Shown here piece by piece: positions 1-9,470 of a stretch of 24,754 nucleotides of DNA. How positions within the stretch are numbered: the stretch's first letter is position 1; each line of letters opens with the position of its first letter. The stretch lies in the IMG/VR virus record IMGVR_UViG_2671181064_000003. One strand, 5' to 3'. The notes below the pieces were generated by a model. That model ran no database searches. It was not told where the DNA came from and saw nothing but the letters and a program-made list of their open reading frames with translations. The stretch comes from a virus (Duplodnaviria; Heunggongvirae; Uroviricota; Caudoviricetes). Both the position numbers and the translations under genes were made by a program.

Positions 1-83
1 AGGGACAGCTGATAGAAACAGAAGCCACTGGAGCACCTCAAAAACACCATCATACACTAAATCAGTAAGTTGGCAGCATCACC
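1..83 (-). mobile_element. IS1: IS1 terminal fragment (left inverted-repeat end), element continues off the window to the left
   Basis: Reverse complement of 1-83 reads GGTGATGCTGCCAACTTACTGATTTAGTGTATGATGGTGTTTTTGAGGTGCTCCAGTGGCTTCTGTTTCTATCAGCTGTCCCT, which I recognise as the IS1 left end including its terminal inverted repeat (61-83). GC content drops sharply from position 84. Confidence 0.85.
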
Positions 84-402
84 AGCCTTCTTGAGGCTAC
101 CACCTGTTTTCAGGTGTCATTCAGACGTGATTTGCCCCAGATTGGGAAAGCACGCTTTTTTCTCAGCTATCGTCCTCTTATTTTGCCGTTACATTTCTTT
201 TTGCATTCTAATGATTAATTTACAATAATAATATCGGTAATTATTGAGTAATAATAAATTAATTATTGCAAATGTAATTTAATTCCATCTTCGCGTTATA
301 TTCCAATCTTTAATCTCCGCATGGAACAAGTTGCATGCGTGACTATATTAAGACGACTTATAACCACCAAAACATTTGCTTTGCAAGCAAAAACAGTGAC
401 CA

Positions 403-431
403 TTGACTCTAAGAAAATTCCGATCTATTGT
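403..431 (+). promoter_or_regulatory. Candidate sigma70 promoter (TTGACT-N17-TATTGT) upstream of the small ORF
   Basis: TTGACT at 403-408, 17-nt spacer, TATTGT at 426-431. The region is AT-rich, so a chance match is plausible. Confidence 0.2.
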
Positions 432-465
432 TAGGGTCATCAAAGTTACTTAACAGTATTCCGAA

Positions 466-567
466 ATGAAAATACAAAGCAAGCTAATTGTCTTATTAAA
501 CATTATTATTGCATTTATATTATTTGAGCTTTTAGCTCAAAAATTTGGTTTGAGTACATTATTTTAA
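466..567 (+). CDS. Hypothetical 33-aa hydrophobic peptide (MKIQSKLIVLLNIIIAFILFELLAQKFGLSTLF), possible small membrane protein
   Basis: ATG at 466, TAA at 565-567, translated by hand. One predicted transmembrane-like hydrophobic stretch. No convincing Shine-Dalgarno sequence. Below the 60-aa cutoff of the ORF track. Confidence 0.2.
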   Translation: MKIQSKLIVLLNIIIAFILFELLAQKFGLSTLF

Positions 568-713
568 AGCAAGATAAACAATATCGGGCACTCTAGTTTT
601 TATAATTAACAATTAAACGTCCATAAAATGTTATTTACTTTTCTTCGCTATTGTCATATCTTAATATAGTGGCTTACGCCACTCTACTTTCATCACATTT
701 TGTACGTTTATGT

Positions 714-746
714 ACTCGCCATGAAGCTCTTTCATGGCGATTTTTT
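714..746 (+). terminator. Rho-independent terminator candidate, plus-strand orientation
   Basis: Perfect 10-bp stem TCGCCATGAA (716-725), loop GCTCT, stem TTCATGGCGA (731-740), followed by TTTTTT (741-746). Confidence 0.6.
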
Positions 747-832
747 ATTCTTAATCCAAGAACATACTCCCTACCTATAGCAAAATCACTTTTTTAACAA
801 AAGAATAACGTATTTAGGTAATCATTACGAAT

Positions 833-1414
833 TTACCCTATAGGTGCTACTGGCCATTCAATATCCGGTGCAGTTGATGTATCAACACGGTTCAGCAACA
901 CCCGATACTTTTTCCAAGCTTCCAGCAACAAGGTTTCTTTCTCCGTTGCGATCTCCAGATCCACAGCATCCTGAAGCGGCGCTATATGCTCACTGGCTAC
1001 CTGCATCAGGCTGTTTTTTGTTTCTTCCGCCTCCCGGATCCGGAACAGTTTTTCTGCTTCCGTATCCTTCACCCAGGCTGTGCCGTTCCACTTCTGAAAC
1101 TCCCCTTCCGGGGATAACCAGGTGACATTTTCCGGTAATGAGCCGAGTTCAGAAATAAATAACGCGTCGCCGGAAGCCACGTCATAAACCGTTTTACCCC
1201 GATGATCTTCAACGAGATGCCACGATGACTCATCACTGTTGAAAACAGCCACGAAACCAGCCGGAATATCTGGCGGTGCAATATCGGTACTGTTTGCAGG
1301 CAGACCTGTATGAGGCGGAATATATGCGTCACCTTCACCAATAAATTCATTAGTTCCGGCCAGCAGGTTATAAATTTTTATGGTCCGTGCTTGTTCACTC
1401 ATTCTGAATGCCAT
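833..1414 (-). CDS. tfa: Tail fiber assembly protein Tfa
   Basis: 193-aa ORF ([24 protein letters not shown]...) near-identical to lambda Tfa as I recall it. Start overlaps the stf stop (TAATG). Confidence 0.93.
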   Translation of the reverse strand: MAFRMSEQARTIKIYNLLAGTNEFIGEGDAYIPPHTGLPANSTDIAPPDIPAGFVAVFNSDESSWHLVEDHRGKTVYDVASGDALFISELGSLPENVTWLSPEGEFQKWNGTAWVKDTEAEKLFRIREAEETKNSLMQVASEHIAPLQDAVDLEIATEKETLLLEAWKKYRVLLNRVDTSTAPDIEWPVAPIG

Positions 1415-4270
1415 TATGCGAGCCTCACAATATAGTTAAATGCGATGTTTTTGACGGTGTTTTCCGCGTTACCAGCAGCGTTAACGGTGATGGTGTGTCC
1501 ATGTGAACCAATCGCAACAGAGTGCGTATGAGCACCAATACCGACAGTATGCGCGTGTGCACCCGCAGATGCTGCTGTGCCGGACAGTGAGTGTGTATGG
1601 TTTCCTTCTGAAGATGATTTACCTACCCATTGGGAGGTGCCACTGGTTAATGAGCCACTGATACCAACCTGATTAGTCCCGCTAACTTGAGTACTCCCTG
1701 CCGGAAACATTCCAGTAGGTTGACTCCCGCTATTCGTTCTGGGCCCAGTCTGACTATGTTGGTGGGCCCCAGCTGAACTTGTAGAGCCGCTCAGACTGTG
1801 CGTATGCGCCCCGGTGTTATTCGTGGATTTAGTGCCGTAATCAAACGACGATGTGGTTTTCGTCCCCAAATCCGTACTGGATGCGCTGGCGCTGTGGGTG
1901 TGCGATTTAATGCCATCCTGTTCCTGAGACAATACGGCACGACCACTGGCGGGCTTGCCCTTAATCGTCCAGCCACGCATATCAGGGATCACGCCTGACG
2001 GATAAGCGGCTGCAAGTTTCGGGTAAGCAGATTTGTCAAAAGTCTGCCCCTGCATCAGGGCATAACCAGACGGAACGGTATCTGATGGCCACGGGATTGG
2101 TGCACCGACTGGATAAAACTCTGCAGGAGGATGAGCCGAGGTGTAAAGCTGCGCCCACGGCGACCAGTTTGCGTCGGTCGTATCCCGTCGTGAACGAATA
2201 AATGCCGGAGCATGAGCACCGCTTGTACCACTCCAGCCGATGAGTAACTCACCTTCGCCAACGGCTGTCATCCCTTTCAGGTGAATGATATTTCCATACG
2301 CTGTTGGATATCCGTTGTTATACACCTCGTATAACTCAAGACCTGCTGCCCCCTGCGTATTGTCTGTCAGCGCGGCTACCCGACCTTTTGAAGCCAGATT
2401 AACTGATGATACTGCTGTTCCACCTGACGGTAGCGCCCCGATCTCTGATGCCGTTGGCTTATTTCTGGAGTTATAGTCCCTTCGCCAGCCAGGTGAATAA
2501 TCTGTTCCGTGATTAATATAGGTAAACTGGGCGTTGGTTGTTCCGCCACCGCTGGATGTGGTCGGAGTGGTAATGCGGATCGTCATCGCTGACTTTATCC
2601 CCATTACTTCAATGACAGCTCCGGCGAGATGAATATTACCGCAGCCAGTATCAGTAATGATTTTATTATTGCCATAAGACCAGGAACCCTTGCACATCCA
2701 GTATGGATGGTTAAATGCTCCCTGAGAATCCAGCCACTCGATAAACTGTGCAGTCGTCCAGTTTCCTGTTGTTGTGCTTACTGACCCACCGAAGGCACGG
2801 CAGGCACCAATATTTTTCGTAAAGGTGTCTTTGCCAGGGATATCCGCACCGTTCTGATCTTTCTGCAGACGTTTCTCAGCATTGTCATTGGCTGCTTTTA
2901 CTGCCTTTGGCGTTGCCGCCAGCGTTTCAGACGTGCTGTTGGTCGCGCTGCTTAGCTGGATTATCCCTTTCTGTGCTGTCGTTGCATCCTGTGCGGTGTA
3001 TTTCCCGTTAGCCAGGTCATACGCGGCCTTAACGGCTTTTNNNNNNNNNNNCTGCTGACGCCTGTCTGGTCGCCTCATCTTTTGAAGCAGACGCCGATGA
3101 TGCCGATGACGCCGCCGAACTGGCGGACGATGCGGCAGCCGTTTTTGAGGATTCTGCACGGGTTTCCGACGCTTTCGCGTTCGTTTCGGATGTCTTCGCT
3201 GCGGAAGCTGACCTCGCTGCTGCCGTGGCCTGCTCAGTGGCTTCGCCAGCCTTCGTTGTGGCTGTTGAAGCGGATGATGCGGCGCTTTCTGCCGATTTTC
3301 CGGCGGCGGTGGCACTGGCTGAGGCCTGCCCGGCACTTGTTGACGCGGCGCTGGCAGACGACGCAGCCGCTGTTTTTGAGCCTGCCGCAGCTGAGGCACT
3401 CTGTCCCGCTGCCGTTTCAGAAGACCTGGCGTTCGTCTCGGACGTTTTGGCCGCCTTCGCAGAATTTGCAGCCGCCGTCGCCGAGGAAGCTGCGCTACTG
3501 GCGCTTGATGATGCGTTCGTTTCTGATGATTTTGCCGCCTCTTTTGAAGCCGACGCATCCCGGGCTGAGGTGGCAGCTTCTGACGCTTTCGTGGTCGCGG
3601 TGGATGCAGAAGTGGCTGCTGATTGTTGTGACGCTGCCGCATTCGTTTCTAACGTTTTCGCCGCACCGGCACTGGTAGCCGCCGCGCTTTTTGAGGACTC
3701 TGCAGCGGCAGCACTTTTTGAGGCTTCAGTGGCCTTTGTTGATGCCGTTCCTGCGCTGGAAGACGCTGACTGAGCCGACGAAGCGGCCTGTCCGGCTGAC
3801 GTGCTGGCTGCACGTGCTGAATCTGCAGCATCAGTCGCATGGGTTGCCGCCTCACGGGCTGATGTGCTGGCATCGCTGGCTGATTTCTTCGCGGCTGCCG
3901 TGTTCTGTGCCACCGCGGACGCGTTACGCGCCACCTCTTCCACCATCAGCTCAAAACGGCGCAGTGCCTCCGGACGGGCATCATCCTCCGTCATGGCACC
4001 GAGAAAATCATTCAGCGTACCGGGTCGGGAATCTTCATACACGGTGATGGTCCCGGCATGTGACGGCGGGAATCCTTCCACCAACAGAATAACGCTGTAC
4101 TGACCGTACTCAACGTCCATGCTGTAACGCCCGGCTTCATCCGGATTTTCTGAGGCCAGCGTGTTCACCACCACCGTGGTGCTGTTACGTTTTGCTTTCA
4201 GCTGGATTGTGCAGTTCTGTACCGGTTTTCCTGTGCCGTCTTTCAGTACACCTGAAATCTTTACTGCCAT
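1414..4270 (-). CDS. stf: Side tail fiber protein Stf, interrupted by an assembly gap at 3041-3051
   Basis: N-terminal part (ORF 3029..4276, [20 protein letters not shown]...) and C-terminal part (lower portion of ORF 1414..3642, ending ...[38 protein letters not shown]) both match lambda Stf. ATG at 4268-4270 preceded by GGGGTG. The apparent frame change across the N-run is attributed to the gap. Confidence 0.85.
3041..3051. other. Assembly gap (11 N) inside stf
   Basis: Run of N in the sequence. Confidence 1.
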
Positions 4271-4281
4271 ATTCACCCCAC

Positions 4282-4308
4282 AAAAAAGCCCGCCTGAACC
4301 GGCGGGCT
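4282..4308 (-). terminator. Rho-independent terminator downstream of lom
   Basis: On the minus strand: stem AGCCCGCC, loop GGTTCA, stem GGCGGGCT, then TTTTTT. Sits between the lom stop and the stf start. Confidence 0.65.
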
Positions 4309-4334
4309 GTCATAACACTGTGTTACCTGGCTAA

Positions 4335-4792
4335 TCAGAATTTATAACCGACACCCACGATGAAACCGTCAGTGCGCCAGAGACGTGTTGCTGTGGCGAC
4401 CGTCATCACTTCCGGTCAGCACATCGTGCGTTTTCCCCTTATTGTCAGTTACGCGGATATAATCCCCGGAAAAAGTCGACACACGGCTGTAAGCCACACC
4501 CGCCATCGCATACGCGCTGAACCATTCATTCACGCGCACAGACGGCCCCGCCATCACGCTGAACCAGCGGTTACGCACGGAATCTTCATGCCAGCGGGTA
4601 TCGCTGTAACGGGTCAGCTGGCGATTCTTGTCTCCTGCATAGCTGAATGACGTCACCAGCCCCAGCGTATCCGTAAACTCATAACGGTATTTCACGTTAA
4701 TCCCGTTCAGATCATCACTGCCGGGAACGTTGGTCCGGGCATGAAGATACCCCGCGCTCAGCGTGGACTGATGTTCAGACGCCCATGCAGGC
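4335..4792 (-). pseudogene. lom: Lom/Ail-family outer-membrane protein gene, 5' end lost in the gap and reading frame broken near the 3' end
   Basis: Frame of ORF 4369..4695 reads ...GINVKYRYEFTDTLG...SAYAMAGVAYSRV... (Lom-like) and stays open up to the N-run. The conserved C-terminus WRTDGFIVGVGYKF-stop (ending 4335) is in a different frame, and the gene is about 27 codons shorter than lambda lom between those two segments. Confidence 0.6.
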
Positions 4793-4838
4793 NNNNNNNN
4801 NNNNNNNNNNNNNNNNNNNNNNNNNNNNNNNNNNNNNN
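4793..4838. other. Assembly gap (46 N) spanning the J 3' end, the J-lom intergenic region and the lom 5' end
   Basis: Run of N. By collinearity with lambda roughly 400 bp are expected here. Confidence 1.
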
Positions 4839-7800
4839 AAAAATAATGGGCGGAATAATAATCTGGCGGTCAAAGTTATGATCATCGCTTATGGTGACTG
4901 TAACCGTCCCGTTTGGTGTTTCCGTGTTACCCCACGTACCAGCCTGTTTCGGAAATGATTTGGATACAGCTTTAACGAAGTCACCTCTGACCTGAGTCGC
5001 CTCCAGCATGCCCTTAATCGTACAGTTTTCATTTACCGTGACATTGTTGAGCGTCCCGGCGTTCGCATTCACACTGCCACTGATATCCGCATTTTTAGCG
5101 GTCAGCTTTCCGTCCGGAGTCAGGGAAAATGCCGATGGATTTCCACCGCTGGTAATGGTGGGGGCCGTCAGGCGTTTCAGGAACACGTCGTTCATGAATA
5201 TCTGATCGCCCTGACCAACAAACATCGGTTTTGTGTTGCCATTCGCAGGATTAACCATCGCAATCCTGTCCGCCGCCAGCAGCACCTGACTCTGCATGCC
5301 GTCAGGGGTGTTCTCAATACCGGCACCAATACCCGCGATATAAAGGCGTCCGTCCTGCATCTGCTGCAGCTTCACAGCCCACATGCTGTTCAGGTTATTA
5401 TTTGTATCAACCTGAACCTTCTGTATCTGCTGAATTGCCGCACTCTGGTCTTCCAGTTTCTTATTGACGGTCTGCGTGATTTCATTGCTGACATCCGTAA
5501 TGGACGTCCTGATTTCAGCCAGGTCAGGCGCAAGCTGACCGTTATCAATCTGCGTCCACAGCTCCTGAGCCAGATGGGTTTTCCCTATCTCGCCTTTGAA
5601 AAAATCCAGATAACCGGATGCATCATCACTCGGCTGACCAACAGCCTCCACGAATGCCGATTTGCCAACGGTGTTCACACTGCGGATATAAAAGTAATAA
5701 TCATGGCCCGGTTTGATATTGATACTGGCGGCTATCCAGTACAGCGCCGTGCCAAGATAGCGTGCTGTGGTTTCAACCTGCCTGATATCCGCAATCCGCT
5801 TTTCCGAGAACCAGAACTCAAACTGTACCGTCGGATCATAAACCGCAAGATGCGGCGTGGCGGTTATCTGAAAATAGCCCGGCGTCAGCTCAATCCGCGA
5901 CAGCGCTGCCGGTGCGGCAATCCGGAACGATACCGACGCCGGATCGCCCTGCTGCCCCCACGCATTTACTGCCCGGACTGTCAGCCTGTAGTTCCCCAGC
6001 GCCAGTTGTGTGAAGCGGTAAGTGGTTTCCGTCGTCCGGGCCGTGCTGACCAGCCGCTCACTGCCGTCATCCGCTGTTACGGTCAGACGGAGCAGGAAGC
6101 TCACGCCCTTCACCACCTTCGGCGTGTCCCAGCGCGCCAGCACCTGATATTCCCCGCTGTCTGCGGTGACTTCGGCAGTCAGGTGCTGCACCGCTGGCGG
6201 CGTGACACCATTCACCGTGCCGCTCTGGTCGCCGTCAAAGTGCGCCCCGTTATCCACGATGGCTTCTTTTTCCGGCACATGCTGCACGGCGGTGATGGCA
6301 TACGTGCCGTCGTCGTTCTCACGGATACTCACGCAGCGGAACAATCGCTGGTGCAGCGTCGGCAGCTTCAGCCCCCACACGCTGTATTCAGCAACACCGT
6401 CAGGAACACGGCTCACTTTTACCTTCACGCCGTCGGTGACGGACTGGACCTCCACGCTGACCGGATTCCCCTGCCCGTCAACCAGGCTTATCAGCGTGGT
6501 GCCGGAGGATGGCAGCGTGATTTCACGGTCGAGCGTCAGCGTCCGGGTCTGGCTGTTCACCGCCAGCACGCGCCCGCCGGTGCGGATACCGGCATAGTCA
6601 TCATCGCAGATTTCAATGACATCGCCCGGTACATGACGAAGCCCTTCAGCACCCACGCTGAAATCCACGGTCTGCGTCTCCAGCAGTTCCGTTTTAATCA
6701 GCCACAGCCCGGCGCGGTGTGCCTGCCCCCGGCTGGTACAGCCAAAGGCATCCATCTTCGTGACGTTACGACCGTAACGGGCAATGGCCTGCGTATCCTC
6801 CACAAGCTCTGTCGCCGTCTCCCAGCCGTTATCCGGGTCAATCCAGTTCACCTCAACGGCATTATGGCGGTCTTTCAGGGCGCTGAAACTGTAGCGGAAC
6901 GGCGCGCCATCATCCGGCATCACCACATTACTGCGGTTATAGGCCCACACCTTATCCGACTGTCGGTCCTGCACGAACGTCNNNNNNNNNNNNNNNNNNN
7001 NNNNNNNNNNNNNNNNNNNNNNNGCGTCTGCCCGTTCCATACCGGCATACAGCGCATCGCCGAGCAGAAATCACTGAGCACATCCCACGCCTTGCGCTGT
7101 GTGGTCAGCCAGGCATTACAGGTGATGCGCGGCTCCGTGCTGCCAAAGCCGTCCGGCACCGACTGGTCACAGTACTGGCCGATGACATACAGCGCCCATT
7201 TATCCACATCTGCCGCACCAAGACGTTTCCCCATGCCATAGCGCGGATGGGTCAGCATATCCCACAGACACCAGGCCATGTTGTTGCTGTATGCCGGTTT
7301 TAACGTTCCGTCCCAGATACCGCTGTATTGCCGCGTCTGCGGATTATAGTTCGACGGCACCTGCAGAATGCGCCCGCGAAGATGATAATTACGGCTCACC
7401 TGCTGGCTGCCGAACTGCTCCGAATCCACCTGTACGCCGACCAGTGCCGTGTTCGGGTAGCACTGTTTCACATCGATGATTTCGGTGTATGACGACCAGA
7501 GCGTTTTGTTCTGCAGCTGGTCTGTGGTGCTGTCCGGCGTCATTCTGCGCATCCGGATATTAAACGGGCGCGGCGGCAGGTTATCCACCACCACCGAGGC
7601 CAGATACTGCGAGGTGGTTTTGCCCTTAATGGTGATGTCTTTTTCCGTCACCCAGCCACCGTTACGCTGTATCTGAACCAGCAGGCGAACTTCAGACGGA
7701 TTCCTGTCTCCCTTTGAGGTGGTTTCCACCAGTGCCTGTACACCGAAGGTAAAACGCAGTCGGTCAATGTTTGCCGACGTGATGGTCCGGGTGATCGGCG

Positions 7801-8092
7801 TGTCATATTTCACTTCCGTACCCAGCACCGTCTCGGAGCCGGAGGATTCAAATCCCTCCGGCGGTGACTGCTCCTGCTCACCTGCCCGGAACACCACCGT
7901 GACGCCGGAGATGTTGGTATTCCCCTCACTGTCCAGCACCGGCGTACTGTTCAGCAGCACGCTTTTTAATCCATCCACCGGACCTTCAACCGGCCCTTCG
8001 CTGATGGCATCGATCACACTCAGCAGCTGCGTGGACTTCAGGTTGTCCTTCGCTTCGCGCGGGGTATGCCCCTTACTGCTGCCTTTACCCAT
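4839..8092 (-). CDS. J: Tail tip / host specificity protein J, partial: 3' end in the gap, internal gap at 6983-7023
   Basis: ORF 6920..8092 starts [34 protein letters not shown]... and ORF 4758..7040 continues [32 protein letters not shown]... through ...[13 protein letters not shown]. Both match lambda J. Confidence 0.92.
6983..7023. other. Assembly gap (41 N) inside J
   Basis: Run of N. The flanking peptides WNGQT and TFVQDR are separated by a single residue in lambda J, so the N-run length does not reflect the missing sequence. Confidence 1.
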
Positions 8093-8152
8093 TCGTCATG
8101 CTCCATAAACGATAAAACCGCCCGGAGGCGATTTCACATAAAACATTTTGCA

Positions 8153-8824
8153 TCAGCGACCAATCACCACAACCTGACCACCGTCCCCTTCGTCTGCCGT
8201 GCTGATCTCCTGAGATACCACACGTGACCCCACGCGCATTTCACCATACAGAACAGGCATAACATTGCCCTGGGCAACCATGTTATCCAGTGAGGAGAAA
8301 TAGGTGTTCTGCTTACCGTTATCCGTTGTCTGTGTGCGGGGAGTTCTGGCTTTCGGTGCCAGCATCTGAGCCACACCGCCGAGCACCATACTGGCACCGA
8401 GAGAAAACAGAATGCCGGTCATACCACCGGCACCAATGGCAGCCCCCCATGCTGCAAGGGTGGCTCCGGCGGTAAAGAATGATCCGGCAATGGCGGCTGC
8501 TCCCAGGACAATCTGGAATACACCACCTGACTTGGCCCCGGCGACTCTGGGAACAATATGAATCACAGCGCCGTCAGGCAGAGCCTCATGTAACTGTGCC
8601 GTTAATCCGGACGTGCTAACATCCTGCCCGGCAATACGCACCTGATACCAGCCGTCGCTCAGCTTCTGACGAAACGCAGGGAGCTGTGTGGCCATCGCCC
8701 GGATGGCTTCGGCACCCGTTTTCACACGAAGGTCGATGCGGCGGCCAAATCGTTGCAAATCCCCGTAAAGGCAGATGCGTGCCATGCCCGGTGACGCCAG
8801 AGGGAGTGTGTGCGTCGCTGCCAT
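8153..8824 (-). CDS. I: Tail assembly protein I
   Basis: 223-aa ORF MAATHTLPLASPGMARICLYGDLQRFGRRIDL... matching lambda gpI. Overlaps the K 3' end by 103 nt as in lambda. Confidence 0.93.
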   Translation of the reverse strand: MAATHTLPLASPGMARICLYGDLQRFGRRIDLRVKTGAEAIRAMATQLPAFRQKLSDGWYQVRIAGQDVSTSGLTAQLHEALPDGAVIHIVPRVAGAKSGGVFQIVLGAAAIAGSFFTAGATLAAWGAAIGAGGMTGILFSLGASMVLGGVAQMLAPKARTPRTQTTDNGKQNTYFSSLDNMVAQGNVMPVLYGEMRVGSRVVSQEISTADEGDGGQVVVIGR

Positions 8825-9465
8825 TTGTCGGTGTACCTCTCTCGTTTACTCAGTTGTTCAGGAATATGGTGCAGCAGCTCGCCGTCACCACAGTAAATGG
8901 CGGCATGATTCGGCACCGATGAACCAAAACAGCACAGCAGCACATCGCCCGGCTGCGCCGCTGACAACGGCACCTGATACAGCCCTGTGGCCTCCAGATT
9001 ATCCAGATAGAGATTCTGACCGTGACGCCACCAGTCATCCTCACGATGAAAATCCGGCATCTCAATCCCCGCCAGATGGTAAGCATCCCGGAACAGCGTG
9101 TAACAGTCCGTCACCCCGTGCTCAAAGCGCCGCCCGGTAAGATGTGGCACACAGCGGAACTTGTGAATCGCCCCCCGGCAGACCAGCCACCACGGCAAAT
9201 CACTCTGCACCTGCAGCCGCCGGTCGGCCTCACTCAGCCAGGGCAGACCACCGGGGTGGCTGTGGACCAGTGCCACAATCTCACCCTGCATCTCTGCCTG
9301 CAGCCAGTCTTCCGGCGACATACGGAAATACGCCTCCGGCTCACCGGAGATATTCACGCAGGGGAAATATCTTTCCCCCTCCGGCGTTCTTACCACGAAG
9401 CCGCACGACTCCGCTGGAGCACATCGCCGGGCGTGCGCCAGAATCGCTGATTCTGTCTCTGTCAT
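8722..9465 (-). CDS. K: Tail tip assembly protein K (JAMM/MPN plus NlpC/P60-like); long ORF shown, lambda-style internal start would give 8722..9321
   Basis: 247-aa ORF MTETESAILAHARRCAPAESCGFVV... containing a JAMM motif HSHPGGLPWLSEAD (HxHx7Sx2D). The ATG at 9463-9465 lies 5 nt after the L stop. An internal Met at 9319-9321 gives a 199-aa product. Confidence 0.88.
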   Translation of the reverse strand: MTETESAILAHARRCAPAESCGFVVRTPEGERYFPCVNISGEPEAYFRMSPEDWLQAEMQGEIVALVHSHPGGLPWLSEADRRLQVQSDLPWWLVCRGAIHKFRCVPHLTGRRFEHGVTDCYTLFRDAYHLAGIEMPDFHREDDWWRHGQNLYLDNLEATGLYQVPLSAAQPGDVLLCCFGSSVPNHAAIYCGDGELLHHIPEQLSKRERYTDKWQRRTHSLWRHRAWHASAFTGICNDLAAASTFV

Positions 9466-9470
9466 GGGAT

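Noticed and set aside
721-780. 19-aa ORF (MKLFHGDFLFLIQEHTPYL)
   Set aside because: Its start is embedded in the terminator stem-loop at 716-740, so the sequence is better explained as RNA structure than as coding.
84-832. Phage attachment site or tRNA gene at the prophage boundary
   Set aside because: No tRNA-like cloverleaf sequence and no recognisable att core could be identified by eye. The prophage end is not resolved in this window because the IS1 interrupts it.
3052-3642. N-terminal 197 aa of the 742-aa minus-strand ORF (Arg/Gln/Pro-rich [12 protein letters not shown]...)
   Set aside because: It is an out-of-frame reading of the stf repeat region upstream of the gap. The real Stf frame here is that of ORF 3029..4276.
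3225-3773. Ala-rich 182-aa plus-strand ORF, and neighbouring plus-strand ORFs at 3082..3678, 3691..4047 and 3801..4103
   Set aside because: Antisense or shifted-frame shadows of the Ala/Ser-rich Stf repeat tract; low complexity and no independent signals.
3052-3960. Possible CRISPR-like or tandem-repeat array
   Set aside because: The periodicity is imperfect, lies inside the stf reading frame and encodes Ala/Ser/Thr-rich protein repeats. There are no conserved direct repeats separated by unique spacers.
5574-7241. 555-aa plus-strand ORF
   Set aside because: Lies antisense to the strongly conserved J gene, spans the N-run, and has an Arg/Pro/Gly-rich composition typical of antisense frames in GC-rich coding DNA.
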